Below are positions 37,171-45,587 of a stretch of DNA of 52,924 bases, piece after piece (position 1 is the first letter of the stretch; each line of letters starts with the position of its first letter). The DNA is from an uncultured Bacilli bacterium (GTDB lineage Bacteria; Bacillota_I; Bacilli_A; RFN20; CAG-826). The stretch is taken from assembly GCA_944350325.1 (NCBI GenBank), contig CALVOS010000025.1:1-52924 (forward strand), written 5' to 3'. The translations under genes and the position numbers were made by a program. Below the pieces are notes generated by a model that saw only the letters and a program-made list of their open reading frames with translations, was not told the origin of the DNA and made no database searches.

Positions 37171-37201
37171 ATGCCCGCAAAAAGTTACTGGAGGTAAAGC
37201 C

Positions 37202-38428
37202 ATGAGAATCGCGCAGCTTAAGTCCTACGCCGAGCTTATCGCGAGAGTCGGAGGAAACGTCCAGAGGGGGCAGTACGTCGTCATCCGGGCGAACGTCGCC
37301 CTCGAGCGGATGGCTGAGCTCGTCGGCCGGGAGTGCTACAAGCTTGGCGCAAAGCGGGTTCTCTATCGCTGGGAAAGCGCCAGGACCGACAGGGCGGATT
37401 ATCGGCTTGGCAAGGTCAAGAGCCTTTCCGAGACGCTCCCCCAGGAGTATGGCTGGCAGCAGTTCCTCACCGACGAGCTTCCCGTTACGATCTGGCTCGA
37501 CGGCGACGACCCCGACGGGCTCAAGGGACTGGACGCGCATAAGATCGCCGAGATCAAGGCGAGGCGGCACGAGGCGGTGCGCCAGTTCGTCGACGCCCGC
37601 GAGAACCGCTACCAGTGGACGATCGCCGGAGCCCCCACGATTCCCTGGGCCAAGAAGGTGTTCCCTCACAAGACGAAGTGCCAGGCGGTCGACGCGCTTT
37701 GGAAGGCGATCCTCCACTGCGCCAGGGCCGACGAAGGGGATCCCGTCGAGAACTGGGAAAGGCATGAGGCGACCCTCAAGGCCAAGTGCGCGGTCCTCAA
37801 CGGCCTCCATCTCCGGAAGCTCCACTACATCGCCGGGAACGGGACCGACCTGACCGTCGGGCTCATTCCAGGGGTCCGCTGGCTTGCGGGAGGCGAGGAG
37901 ACGACGACTGGCTCCTTTTTCCAGCCGAACATCCCGAGCGAGGAGTGCTTCACCTCCCCGATGAAGGGCGAGGCGGAAGGAATCGTGCACGCGTCGAAAC
38001 CGCTCAACTACAACGGGCAGCTCGTTGACAAGTTCTGGATCCGGTTCGCAGGCGGGAAGGCCGTGGAGGCCCATGCCGAGGTCGGGGAAGAGGTCCTTCA
38101 GTCGATCCTTGGCCTGGACGAAGGGAGCGCCTATCTCGGGGAATGCGCGCTCGTGCCTTGGGATTCCCCCATCAATCAGACCGGTATCCTCTTCTACAAC
38201 ACCCTGTTCGACGAGAATGCCTGCTGCCATCTCGCGCTCGGGCGCGGGTTCACGAACCTCTATCCCGATTTCGAGAAGTACTCAAACGAGGACATCCATG
38301 GGTTCGGCATCAACAAGTCCCTGAGTCACGTGGACTTCATGATCGGGACCCCGGACCTGAAGATCGTCGGGACGGACCAGGAGGGGAAGGACGTCGTCTT
38401 GTTCGAGAACGGGGTCTTCGCCATCTAG
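37202..38428 (+). CDS. M29-family aminopeptidase (AmpS/PepS type)
   Basis: The N-terminus YAELIARVGGNVQRGQYVVI is typical of M29. Later motifs include ECFTSP, GECALVP and NACCHLALG. Confidence 0.85.
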   Translation: MRIAQLKSYAELIARVGGNVQRGQYVVIRANVALERMAELVGRECYKLGAKRVLYRWESARTDRADYRLGKVKSLSETLPQEYGWQQFLTDELPVTIWLDGDDPDGLKGLDAHKIAEIKARRHEAVRQFVDARENRYQWTIAGAPTIPWAKKVFPHKTKCQAVDALWKAILHCARADEGDPVENWERHEATLKAKCAVLNGLHLRKLHYIAGNGTDLTVGLIPGVRWLAGGEETTTGSFFQPNIPSEECFTSPMKGEAEGIVHASKPLNYNGQLVDKFWIRFAGGKAVEAHAEVGEEVLQSILGLDEGSAYLGECALVPWDSPINQTGILFYNTLFDENACCHLALGRGFTNLYPDFEKYSNEDIHGFGINKSLSHVDFMIGTPDLKIVGTDQEGKDVVLFENGVFAI

Positions 38429-38446
38429 CCTCATTGGCATCCATCA

Positions 38447-38475
38447 GAAGAAGCTCGCGCAGGGCTTCTTTTCTT
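38447..38475. terminator. terminator hairpin between convergent genes
   Basis: GAAGAAGC-(9 nt)-GCTTCTTT followed by TCTT. Confidence 0.5.
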
Positions 38476-38782
38476 ATGCGTCCTCGATATCCAGAAGATC
38501 GCCGAAGGGAATGCGTATTCCTTCCGCGATAAGGAATCGCTGCTCGCCGCTGATCTTTTCCAAACGTCCTACGAGCACCCTTTTGTGGTCAAGCCTGAAA
38601 TAAGTGATTTTCGAGATTTGACCGAAGTATTGCGTTAGATATTCGTTAATTTCCTCTGCCTTTTCTTCCGAAATGAGCGGCTTCTCCTCGCGGTCGATCC
38701 TCTCATTCATCGCCCGATTGATTTCCGCCTGCTCGACGAGCGACTTATAGGGAAGCCACTTCATCATCCCCCTGTCCTTCAT
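38474..38782 (-). CDS. YolD-like protein (accessory to Y-family polymerase)
   Basis: 102 aa starting MKDRGMMKWLPY (the RG-x-x-KW hallmark). The ATG overlaps the polymerase stop (ATGA). Only the last 102 codons of track ORF 38474..39217 are used. Confidence 0.7.
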   Translation of the reverse strand: MKDRGMMKWLPYKSLVEQAEINRAMNERIDREEKPLISEEKAEEINEYLTQYFGQISKITYFRLDHKRVLVGRLEKISGEQRFLIAEGIRIPFGDLLDIEDA

Positions 38783-40023
38783 CGCCGATGGCCTCCGACC
38801 TGTCCGTGGCGCGTCCTTGCGGTGGAATGGGAAAGGAGCGAGGAGCAGCGGAGCACGGCGCTTTCCCCGAATCGTTCTGCTATCCTGTCCATCGAGCAAT
38901 CGAGCCTCCTTCGCTCCTCGATGTCCTCGAGCCCGAAGGAGAGGAGTCCTTGCTCCCCTTCGTCCGGCGAAAGGGAGCCGTAGCATAGGTGCAGCTGGCG
39001 GATCGGCAGTCCCTCCGGGATCTCGGAATAAAGGGATAGGGTGAGTTCCTCGATGAGGCAGCGGTCTCCCGTGGGGTAGCTGAGCGCGGCCTCCTTCGCG
39101 TAGCCCCCTCCCATGCCTCCGAAGGAAGCGCCAAGCTGGATTTTCCCGACGAGCATCCTCTCCTTTCGGAGCCGTCTCCTGAGATCGTCCCCCATCTCCA
39201 GGAACAGGAGGCGGCATTCCTCCTTCCGGTAGTCCCGTATGAGGGTCTGCCCGATATGGAGGCTATGCTCGCGCGGGACGTAGGGGGAGCGCATGTCGCT
39301 TTCGTCGATGCCGCGCATGAGGTCGCTCAGCTGGCCGCCCATGATGCCGAGCTCCTCTTCCAGATACGAGCGGTCCGCCTCGCCAAGCTCCCTAGGGGTG
39401 CGGATCCCAAGGCGGGCGAGCCGCGCCTTCGTCCCGCCGGCGATGCCCCATATCTTTTCGAGGGAGGAGACGTTCCAGAGCTTCCTCCTCGCGTCCTTCT
39501 TTGTCCACCTCGCCGTGTAGGGCGGGGCCTTCTTTCCTTCCTGGTCGAGGGCGCACTTGGCCATGAACATGGAGTCGCCGATCCCGGCGGTGGCCGTGAG
39601 GCCAAGGCGTTCCCTGATCCTCTCCTTGATTCTTTCCGCGATCTCCTCCGCGCTTGCCCCGTACATCGTGAGGTAGGGACCAAGGTTCAGGAAGCTTTCG
39701 TCCACGGAATAGACATGGATGTCCTCCGCGGAGACGAACTCCCGGAAGATGCGGACGACGTCGGCGGCCACCTTAAGGTAGTACTCCATCCTTGGCCGCG
39801 CGAAGATGAGCCCGGGGATTTCGGGAAGGTCCCGCTTCCGGCATACGTTGGGGACCCCATACTGTTTCTTCAGATAAGGGGTGACGGACATGACGACGGA
39901 GCTCTCGCTCCGGCTGGGGTCGCAGCAGACCAAGGGAGTCCGGAACATGTCCAGATGCCGGGAGGCGCACTCCACCGAGGCATAGAAGCTCTTCAGGTCG
40001 ATTACGGCAATTGTCCGTTCCAT
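38779..40023 (-). CDS. Y-family DNA polymerase (UvrX/PolY2/UmuC-like)
   Basis: IAVIDLKSFYASVEC and YSVDESFLN motifs. The ATG at 40023 gives MERTIAV. Confidence 0.85.
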   Translation of the reverse strand: MERTIAVIDLKSFYASVECASRHLDMFRTPLVCCDPSRSESSVVMSVTPYLKKQYGVPNVCRKRDLPEIPGLIFARPRMEYYLKVAADVVRIFREFVSAEDIHVYSVDESFLNLGPYLTMYGASAEEIAERIKERIRERLGLTATAGIGDSMFMAKCALDQEGKKAPPYTARWTKKDARRKLWNVSSLEKIWGIAGGTKARLARLGIRTPRELGEADRSYLEEELGIMGGQLSDLMRGIDESDMRSPYVPREHSLHIGQTLIRDYRKEECRLLFLEMGDDLRRRLRKERMLVGKIQLGASFGGMGGGYAKEAALSYPTGDRCLIEELTLSLYSEIPEGLPIRQLHLCYGSLSPDEGEQGLLSFGLEDIEERRRLDCSMDRIAERFGESAVLRCSSLLSHSTARTRHGQVGGHRR

Positions 40024-40031
40024 TCGCCTAT

Positions 40032-40037
40032 ATCCTA
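40032..40037 (-). promoter_or_regulatory. -10 hexamer TAGGAT, leaderless-type promoter
   Basis: The minus strand reads TAGGAT-ataggcga-ATG (8-nt spacer). No SD. Confidence 0.4.
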
Positions 40038-40106
40038 TTGGGGGGTGTCCTGGCACGGGAGTCTTGACTTTCGCGCCCCGAAGGAAACCTCAGAGGAGGT
40101 GCCTCT

Positions 40107-41402
40107 ATGACGGACGTGGCGATTCTCATTCTCCTGGGAGCGACGCTCCTGGCGACTCTCTACCTCATCTTCGATCGCTTCCGGTCGGGGAAGAAAGGAG
40201 GGGAAGGGACGGACTCGCTGAAGCCGGAGATCCTGCGCCTGAAGGAAGAGATCCCCCTTCTTGTTGAGAACCGTCTCAAGGAAGAGACGATCCGCATGAG
40301 CGAGGCCTTGTCCCGCGAGGAGAAGAGACTCGGGGAGGAGGTTCGCTCCCTTGAGGAATCCTTCCTTCGCTTCCAGGGGGAGCAGAAGGAGGAGTTCGGA
40401 AAGGCGCGGGAGGCGATGCTCGCCAAGAGCGTAGAGATGGGATCCCTTTCCCTGAAAGCCGTCCAGGAGACAGGAGACAAGATGCGGGAAGAGGTGGAAA
40501 GGAAGCTTCTCGCCATCACGGAGAAGGTCGATCTCGCCCTCAGGGACGGGTTCCGCGGGAACCAGGAGTCCCTCGCCGGCATCCAGGAGCGCCTTGCCAA
40601 GATCGACGAGGCCCAGCGGCACCTGGATGCGCTTCAGAAGGACGTGGTCAGCCTGAACGCCATCCTCCAGGGGAGCCAGACGAGGGGGCGCTATGGGGAG
40701 CTCCAGCTGGAAATGCTTCTGGAGAAGGCGTTCCCGGAAGGAAGGGCCCTGGGCCACTATGAGCTCCAGAAGGAGCTTCCCGGACAGCACGGGGAGTCCC
40801 TTCGTCCCGACGCCTCCATCATCCTGATGCGCGGGGAGGAGGAGGTCCGCCTTCCCATCGACAGCAAGTTCCCCTTCGATTCCTATGAGCGCTATCTATC
40901 GGAGAAGGAGGAGGCGAGGAAGGAGGAGGCGCTCAAGTCCTTCAAGGCCGCCGTCCGCGACAAGGCCAGGCAGGTCCTTAAGTACGTCGGGCTCCCAGGG
41001 ACGATGGACCATGCGATCCTCTTCATTCCCTCGGAAGGGATCTTCGCGACCATTGAGAACGAGTTCCCGGATCTCGTGGATGAGTTCCGCTCCCGGGGAG
41101 TGCTCTTCGCCTCCCCCACCATCCTCCTCGCCCTCATCGTCATCATTCACGGGAACGAGCGAGAGATGAGGCGGAGCAAGGAGAGCGCGGAGATCCGGAG
41201 GAACCTCGTCCTCCTGGGAAAGGAGTTCGAGCGGCTAGGCGGTCGCTGGGAGAACCTTGTGAGGCACGTCAAGGGCCTGGACAAGGACACCGACGAGCTT
41301 TCCGTCACCGTGCGGAAGATCAACCGTCGCTTCCTTGAGATCGAGGGAGGGGAAAGGAAGGGCGAGGAGTCCCTGTCGATCGCCGAGGAAGGCTCGGAAT
41401 GA
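40107..41402 (+). CDS. rmuC: DNA recombination protein RmuC
   Basis: N-terminal TM helix, long coiled coil and a C-terminal RmuC nuclease-like domain (PDASIIL...IDSKFP...ILFIPSEGIF). A GGAGG SD is present. Confidence 0.85.
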   Translation: MTDVAILILLGATLLATLYLIFDRFRSGKKGGEGTDSLKPEILRLKEEIPLLVENRLKEETIRMSEALSREEKRLGEEVRSLEESFLRFQGEQKEEFGKAREAMLAKSVEMGSLSLKAVQETGDKMREEVERKLLAITEKVDLALRDGFRGNQESLAGIQERLAKIDEAQRHLDALQKDVVSLNAILQGSQTRGRYGELQLEMLLEKAFPEGRALGHYELQKELPGQHGESLRPDASIILMRGEEEVRLPIDSKFPFDSYERYLSEKEEARKEEALKSFKAAVRDKARQVLKYVGLPGTMDHAILFIPSEGIFATIENEFPDLVDEFRSRGVLFASPTILLALIVIIHGNEREMRRSKESAEIRRNLVLLGKEFERLGGRWENLVRHVKGLDKDTDELSVTVRKINRRFLEIEGGERKGEESLSIAEEGSE

Positions 41403-41405
41403 GCC

Positions 41406-41434
41406 TTGCATCGCTTGGGCGCCACTCCTATAAT
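41406..41434 (+). promoter_or_regulatory. sigma-70 promoter TTGCAT-17-TATAAT for tRNA-Ala
   Basis: Near-consensus hexamers with a 17-nt spacer. The -10 ends 14 nt before the mature tRNA 5' end. Confidence 0.6.
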
Positions 41435-41448
41435 CCGCGTTGCCTTGC

Positions 41449-41524
41449 GGGGCTGTGGCTCAGCTGGTAGAGCACGTCGTTCGCATCGATGAGGTCGCGG
41501 GTTCGAGTCCCGTCAGCTCCACCA
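41449..41524 (+). tRNA. tRNA-Ala: tRNA-Ala (anticodon CGC), CCA encoded
   Basis: Hand-folded cloverleaf. Acceptor stem GGGGCTG/CAGCTCC with the G3:U70 alanine identity pair. D-stem GCTC/GAGC. Anticodon loop TT-CGC-AT. T-arm GCGGG-TTCGAGT-CCCGT. 3' end ACCA. Confidence 0.9.
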
Positions 41525-41534
41525 TCGCATTGGC

Positions 41535-41562
41535 AGGCGTCCCATCCGGGGCGCCTTTTCTT
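41535..41562 (+). terminator. intrinsic terminator after tRNA-Ala
   Basis: AGGCGTCCC-atcc-GGGGCGCCT (one G:U pair) followed by TTTTCTT. Confidence 0.7.
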
Positions 41563-41573
41563 ATCCAAGGGAT

Positions 41574-41579
41574 TAGAAT
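41574..41579 (+). promoter_or_regulatory. -10 hexamer TAGAAT, leaderless-type promoter of nrdG
   Basis: Lies 6 nt upstream of the ATG at 41586. No SD. Confidence 0.5.
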
Positions 41580-41585
41580 CCTCGC

Positions 41586-42281
41586 ATGGATTTCTCTGGG
41601 TTCGAAAAGCTCTCGCTCCTTGACTACGACAAGCATATCGCCAGCTCCCTTTTCGTCGCTGGCTGCGACTTTCGCTGCCCGTGGTGCCATAACTCCTCCC
41701 TGGTCCTGGATCCGGCTTCCGCCCCGAGCATCCCTTGGGAGGACATCCTTTCCTTCTTTCGGAAGAGGAGGGGGATGATCGAAGGCGTCTGCATCACGGG
41801 GGGAGAGCCTACCCTGATGCCGGACCTCATGGAGAAGATCGCCGAGCTGAAGTCCCTTGGCTATCTCGTGAAGCTCGACACGAACGGCTCGCGGCCTCTT
41901 GTCCTTAGGCGCGCCTTGGAATCGGGCCTCATCGACTATGTCGCGATGGACATCAAGAACGCGCCTTCCCGTTACGCGAGGACGGCAGGCCTTTCTGCTC
42001 TGGACATCAGGCCGATCGAGGAATCCGTCTCCCTCCTCCTTTCCGGGGGAGTGGACTTCGAGTTCCGCACGACCATCGTGGAGGAATTCCATGACGAGGA
42101 GGCCATGAAGGAGATAAGAGACTGGATCAAGGGGGCGCCCCGTTATTTCCTCCAGAGGTACATCGACGGGCCGAACTGCATCCGCTCCGGCTTCCATATG
42201 GTCGAGAAGGAAAAGGCCAGCGCATGGCTGGCCCTCCTATCGGGATATGTAGGCACCGCCTCGCTCCGTGGCTACGACTGA
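41586..42281 (+). CDS. nrdG: anaerobic ribonucleotide reductase activating protein (radical SAM)
   Basis: CDFRCPWCHN (CxxxCxxC) cluster and GGEPTL motif. Confidence 0.88.
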   Translation: MDFSGFEKLSLLDYDKHIASSLFVAGCDFRCPWCHNSSLVLDPASAPSIPWEDILSFFRKRRGMIEGVCITGGEPTLMPDLMEKIAELKSLGYLVKLDTNGSRPLVLRRALESGLIDYVAMDIKNAPSRYARTAGLSALDIRPIEESVSLLLSGGVDFEFRTTIVEEFHDEEAMKEIRDWIKGAPRYFLQRYIDGPNCIRSGFHMVEKEKASAWLALLSGYVGTASLRGYD

Positions 42282-43195
42282 GGTAGCGCCGACAGGTAGC
42301 GATCGGCCGACAGCGCGGCGATCGCGCCGTCGTTGACCGCGGTGACGACCTGGCGGACCTCCTTCTTCCGGCAGTCTCCGGCAGCGAAGACGCCGGGCGT
42401 CCTCGTCCTCATCCCCTCGTCGGCAATGACATAGCCTTTCTCGTCAAGATCCACGACATTCCGGAACCTGGCGTTATCGGGCACCTGGCCGATCGCGACG
42501 AAGACTCCCTCGCAGGCAATCGCGATCGTTTCGCGTGTTTCCTTCTTCTCGAAGACGACGGATAAGGAATCTCCGAGGCTATCAATCCTCTTGGAGGCAA
42601 TTCCATGGCGAATGCGGACGTTGGGGATTGCGTTGAGTGCGTCCACAAGGCCCTTTTCCGCGAAGAATCTATCGAAAAGCGTGCAAACCTCAACTTCTTT
42701 TGCGGTTTTTGAGAGATAAATTGCGTACTGTACCGCAGAATTCCCGTCACCAATGACAATCGCCCTCTTCCCTTCGACCTGGAATGAGTCGCAGACCGCG
42801 CAGTAGTAGACGCCCTTCCCGACATTCTCCCTTTCCCCAGGGATGGCGAGCTTGCGGTGCTTGGCTCCCGTGGCGATGATGGCGGCGTCCGCCTCGATAT
42901 CGCTGTACTGGCAGTGGACGAGGAACCCGTTCCCTTGCCTTTCGAGGGAAAGCGCCTCGTCTGGCTCCATCTCCGCGCCAAGGGACATCGCTTGCTCGAA
43001 CATCGCATTGCTTAGCTCAAGCCCGCTTCCCTTGGGGAAGGCAGGGTAGTTCTCGACGAGAGGGGAAGTGGCGATCTGCCCGCCGACGGATTCCCGTTCG
43101 ACGAGGACGACCTTATGTCCGGCCCTGAGGCCATATATAGCCGAAGAAAGGGCGGCTGGGCCGCCCCCGATGACGACAATCTTCCTAGGCCGCAT
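42272..43195 (-). CDS. trxB: thioredoxin-disulfide reductase
   Basis: VIGGGPAAL (FAD), redox-active CAVC, GDGNSAV (NADPH) and GVFAAGD motifs. The start overlaps the nrdD stop by 11 nt. The 3' end overlaps convergent nrdG by 10 nt. Confidence 0.88.
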   Translation of the reverse strand: MRPRKIVVIGGGPAALSSAIYGLRAGHKVVLVERESVGGQIATSPLVENYPAFPKGSGLELSNAMFEQAMSLGAEMEPDEALSLERQGNGFLVHCQYSDIEADAAIIATGAKHRKLAIPGERENVGKGVYYCAVCDSFQVEGKRAIVIGDGNSAVQYAIYLSKTAKEVEVCTLFDRFFAEKGLVDALNAIPNVRIRHGIASKRIDSLGDSLSVVFEKKETRETIAIACEGVFVAIGQVPDNARFRNVVDLDEKGYVIADEGMRTRTPGVFAAGDCRKKEVRQVVTAVNDGAIAALSADRYLSALPQS

Positions 43196-45587
43196 GCTTC
43201 ACGGAGTCGACGTAGCCGCGAATCTTGCTGGCGTTGTCGAACATCTCGTAGCCGTTCTCGGTCGGGACGAGGAGGGTCGGCGCGTTCTTCACGTGCGCCA
43301 TTTCCACGAGATCCTTGTGGGAGGCGGCGTCAAGCGCGGTGTAGTGGATGCCCCCGCGATCGAGGATCATCTTGGCCATCTGGCAGTTCGGGCAGGTGGG
43401 AGAGGTGAAGAGGATCGGGCCTTCCGGCATCCCAAGGAGCTCGGGACCAGCCTCCTCCGGCTTATGGAGCTCGCAGGCATGGATGCCATGCCCCTCCATG
43501 TTCTTATCGTCCGTGCAGCCCTTGTGGATGGCGTAGGTCTGGCGGTCGCGGAACTCCTGCGCCTTCCCGGCGTTCCAGTTCTTGACCGGCCGGTAGTAGC
43601 CGGTGATGCGGCTATAGACTTCCGCCTCTTTCCCGCAGTAGGGGCACTTCCACTGCTCGCCCTGGAGGTAGCCGTGGTCCTGGCAGACGGAGTAGGTGGG
43701 GGACATGGTGTAGTAGGGGAGCTTGTAGTTCTCGGCGATCGTACGCACCAGCTTCATGCAGCTCTCCCAGTCCGGGAGCCTCTGCCCGAGGAAGGCGTGG
43801 AAGACGGTGCCGGAGGTGTAGAGGGTCTGGAAACGGTCCTCGATATCGAGCGCCTGGAAGATATCCGAGGTGAAGCCGACGGGGAGATGGGAGCTGTTCG
43901 TGTAGTAGGGGGTTCCGCCTTCGTTGGCGGTGATGATGTCGGGGTAGCGCTCCTTGTCGTGCTTGGCAAGGCGATAGGCGGTGCTTTCCGCCGGAGTGGC
44001 CTCGAGGTTGAAGAGCTCGCCCGCATAGCGCTCCTGGTAGCCGGAGAGGCGATCCCTCATGTGGTTCAGCACCTCGACGGTGAAGTCCTGGGCCTCCTTG
44101 TCGGTGAGGTCCTTCCTTAGCCAGCGCGCGTTGAGGCAGGCCTCATTCATGCCGACGAGGCCGATGGTCGAGAAGTGGTTGGCGAAGGTGCCGAGGTAGT
44201 GCTTCGTGTACGGGTATAGCCCTGCATCGAGAAGGGCGGTGACGAACTCGCGCTTGGCATGGAGGGAGCGGGCGGCGACGTCCATCAGGTGGTCGAGGCG
44301 CTGGTAAAAGTCCTCGCGGTTCTCCGCAAGGTAGGCAAGGCGCGGCATGTTGAGGGTGACGACGCCGATCGAGCCGGTCGACTCGCCGGAGCCGAAGTAG
44401 CCGCCGGATTTCTTGCGGAGCTCGCGGAGGTCCAGCCTCAGGCGGCAGCACATGGAGCGGACGTCGCTCGGCTTCATGTCGCTATTGATGTAGTTGCTGA
44501 AGTAAGGGGTGCCGTACTTGGCGGTCATGGTGAAGAGAAGGCGGTTGTTCTCGTTCTCCGACCAGTCGAAGTCCTTGGTGATGGAATAGGTGGGGATCGG
44601 GTACTGGAAGCCCCTTCCGTTCGCGTCGCCTTCGATCATGACCTCGATGAACGCCTTGTTCACCATCGCCATCTCCTGCACGCAGTCCTTGTACTTGAAG
44701 GGCATCTCTTTTCCGCCGACGATGCAGTTGAGCTCCGCCATGTCGTCGGGGACGGTCCAGTCGAGGGTGACGTTGGTGAAGGGGGCCTGCGTGCCCCAGC
44801 GAGACGGGGTGTTGACCCCATAGATGAAGCTCTGGATGCACTGCTTGACTTCCTTGTAGGACAGGTTGTCGACCTTGACGAAGGGGGCGAGATAGGTGTC
44901 GAAGCTCGAGAAGGCCTGCGCTCCGGCCCACTCGTTCTGCATGATGCCCAGGAAGTTGACCATCTGGTTGCAGAGGGTCATGAGGTGGTTGGCGGGGGAG
45001 GAAGTGATCTTCCCCGGGACGCCTCCGAGACCCTGCTGGATCAGCTGCTTCAGGCTCCAGCCGGCGCAATAGCCGGTGAGCATGGAAAGGTCGTGGATGT
45101 GCATCGCCGCGGAGCGGTGCGCCTCGGCAATCTCCTTGTCGTAGACCTGGGAGAGCCAGTAGTTCGCGGTCACGGCGCCGGAGTTGGAGAGGATAAGCCC
45201 GCCGACGGAGTAGGTGACGGTGCTGTTCTCCTTCACGCGCCAGTCGTTGATCTTGAGATAGTTATCGACGACGGCGGCGTAGTTGAGCTCGGTGTTCCTC
45301 ATCTCCCGCAGCTCCTCATGCTGCCTGCGGTAGCCCATGTAGGAGCGCGCGACGTCGACGTAGCCGGTCTCGATGAGGGCGATCTCGACGCTATCCTGGA
45401 TGTCCTCGACCCCAATGACCCCGTCCCTGACCTTGTCGCCGAAATGGCTCGTCGCCCTAAGGGCGATCAGCTCGATGACGCTCTTTTCAGGGGTCATGTG
45501 CTCCGCGACGAGGGCCCTTTCGATGGCCCACTCGATCTTCTTGATGTCGAACTCGACGATGGAACCGTTTCTCTTTTGGACTCTCAT
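43185..45587 (-). CDS. nrdD: class III (anaerobic) ribonucleoside-triphosphate reductase fused to a C-terminal glutaredoxin/NrdH-like domain
   Basis: ATP-cone MRVQKRNGSIVEFD, Zn site CQDHG...CPYCG and glycyl-radical motif SRITGYY. About 115 extra residues follow, ending in PILFTSPTCPNCQMAK...APTLLVP (nt ~43188-43418). The start is the ATG at 45587 (a TTG at 45593 is also possible). Confidence 0.88.
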   Translation of the reverse strand: MRVQKRNGSIVEFDIKKIEWAIERALVAEHMTPEKSVIELIALRATSHFGDKVRDGVIGVEDIQDSVEIALIETGYVDVARSYMGYRRQHEELREMRNTELNYAAVVDNYLKINDWRVKENSTVTYSVGGLILSNSGAVTANYWLSQVYDKEIAEAHRSAAMHIHDLSMLTGYCAGWSLKQLIQQGLGGVPGKITSSPANHLMTLCNQMVNFLGIMQNEWAGAQAFSSFDTYLAPFVKVDNLSYKEVKQCIQSFIYGVNTPSRWGTQAPFTNVTLDWTVPDDMAELNCIVGGKEMPFKYKDCVQEMAMVNKAFIEVMIEGDANGRGFQYPIPTYSITKDFDWSENENNRLLFTMTAKYGTPYFSNYINSDMKPSDVRSMCCRLRLDLRELRKKSGGYFGSGESTGSIGVVTLNMPRLAYLAENREDFYQRLDHLMDVAARSLHAKREFVTALLDAGLYPYTKHYLGTFANHFSTIGLVGMNEACLNARWLRKDLTDKEAQDFTVEVLNHMRDRLSGYQERYAGELFNLEATPAESTAYRLAKHDKERYPDIITANEGGTPYYTNSSHLPVGFTSDIFQALDIEDRFQTLYTSGTVFHAFLGQRLPDWESCMKLVRTIAENYKLPYYTMSPTYSVCQDHGYLQGEQWKCPYCGKEAEVYSRITGYYRPVKNWNAGKAQEFRDRQTYAIHKGCTDDKNMEGHGIHACELHKPEEAGPELLGMPEGPILFTSPTCPNCQMAKMILDRGGIHYTALDAASHKDLVEMAHVKNAPTLLVPTENGYEMFDNASKIRGYVDSVKHAA

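Noticed and set aside
38783-39217. N-terminal 145 codons of track ORF 38474-39217
   Set aside because: This part overlaps the 3' end of the Y-family polymerase gene in another frame and is R/P/G-rich. Only the last 102 codons (YolD-like, starting MKDRGMMKW) look genuine.
41440-41778. 112-aa ORF covering tRNA-Ala and the nrdG start
   Set aside because: It is explained by the tRNA gene, its terminator, and nrdG in another frame.
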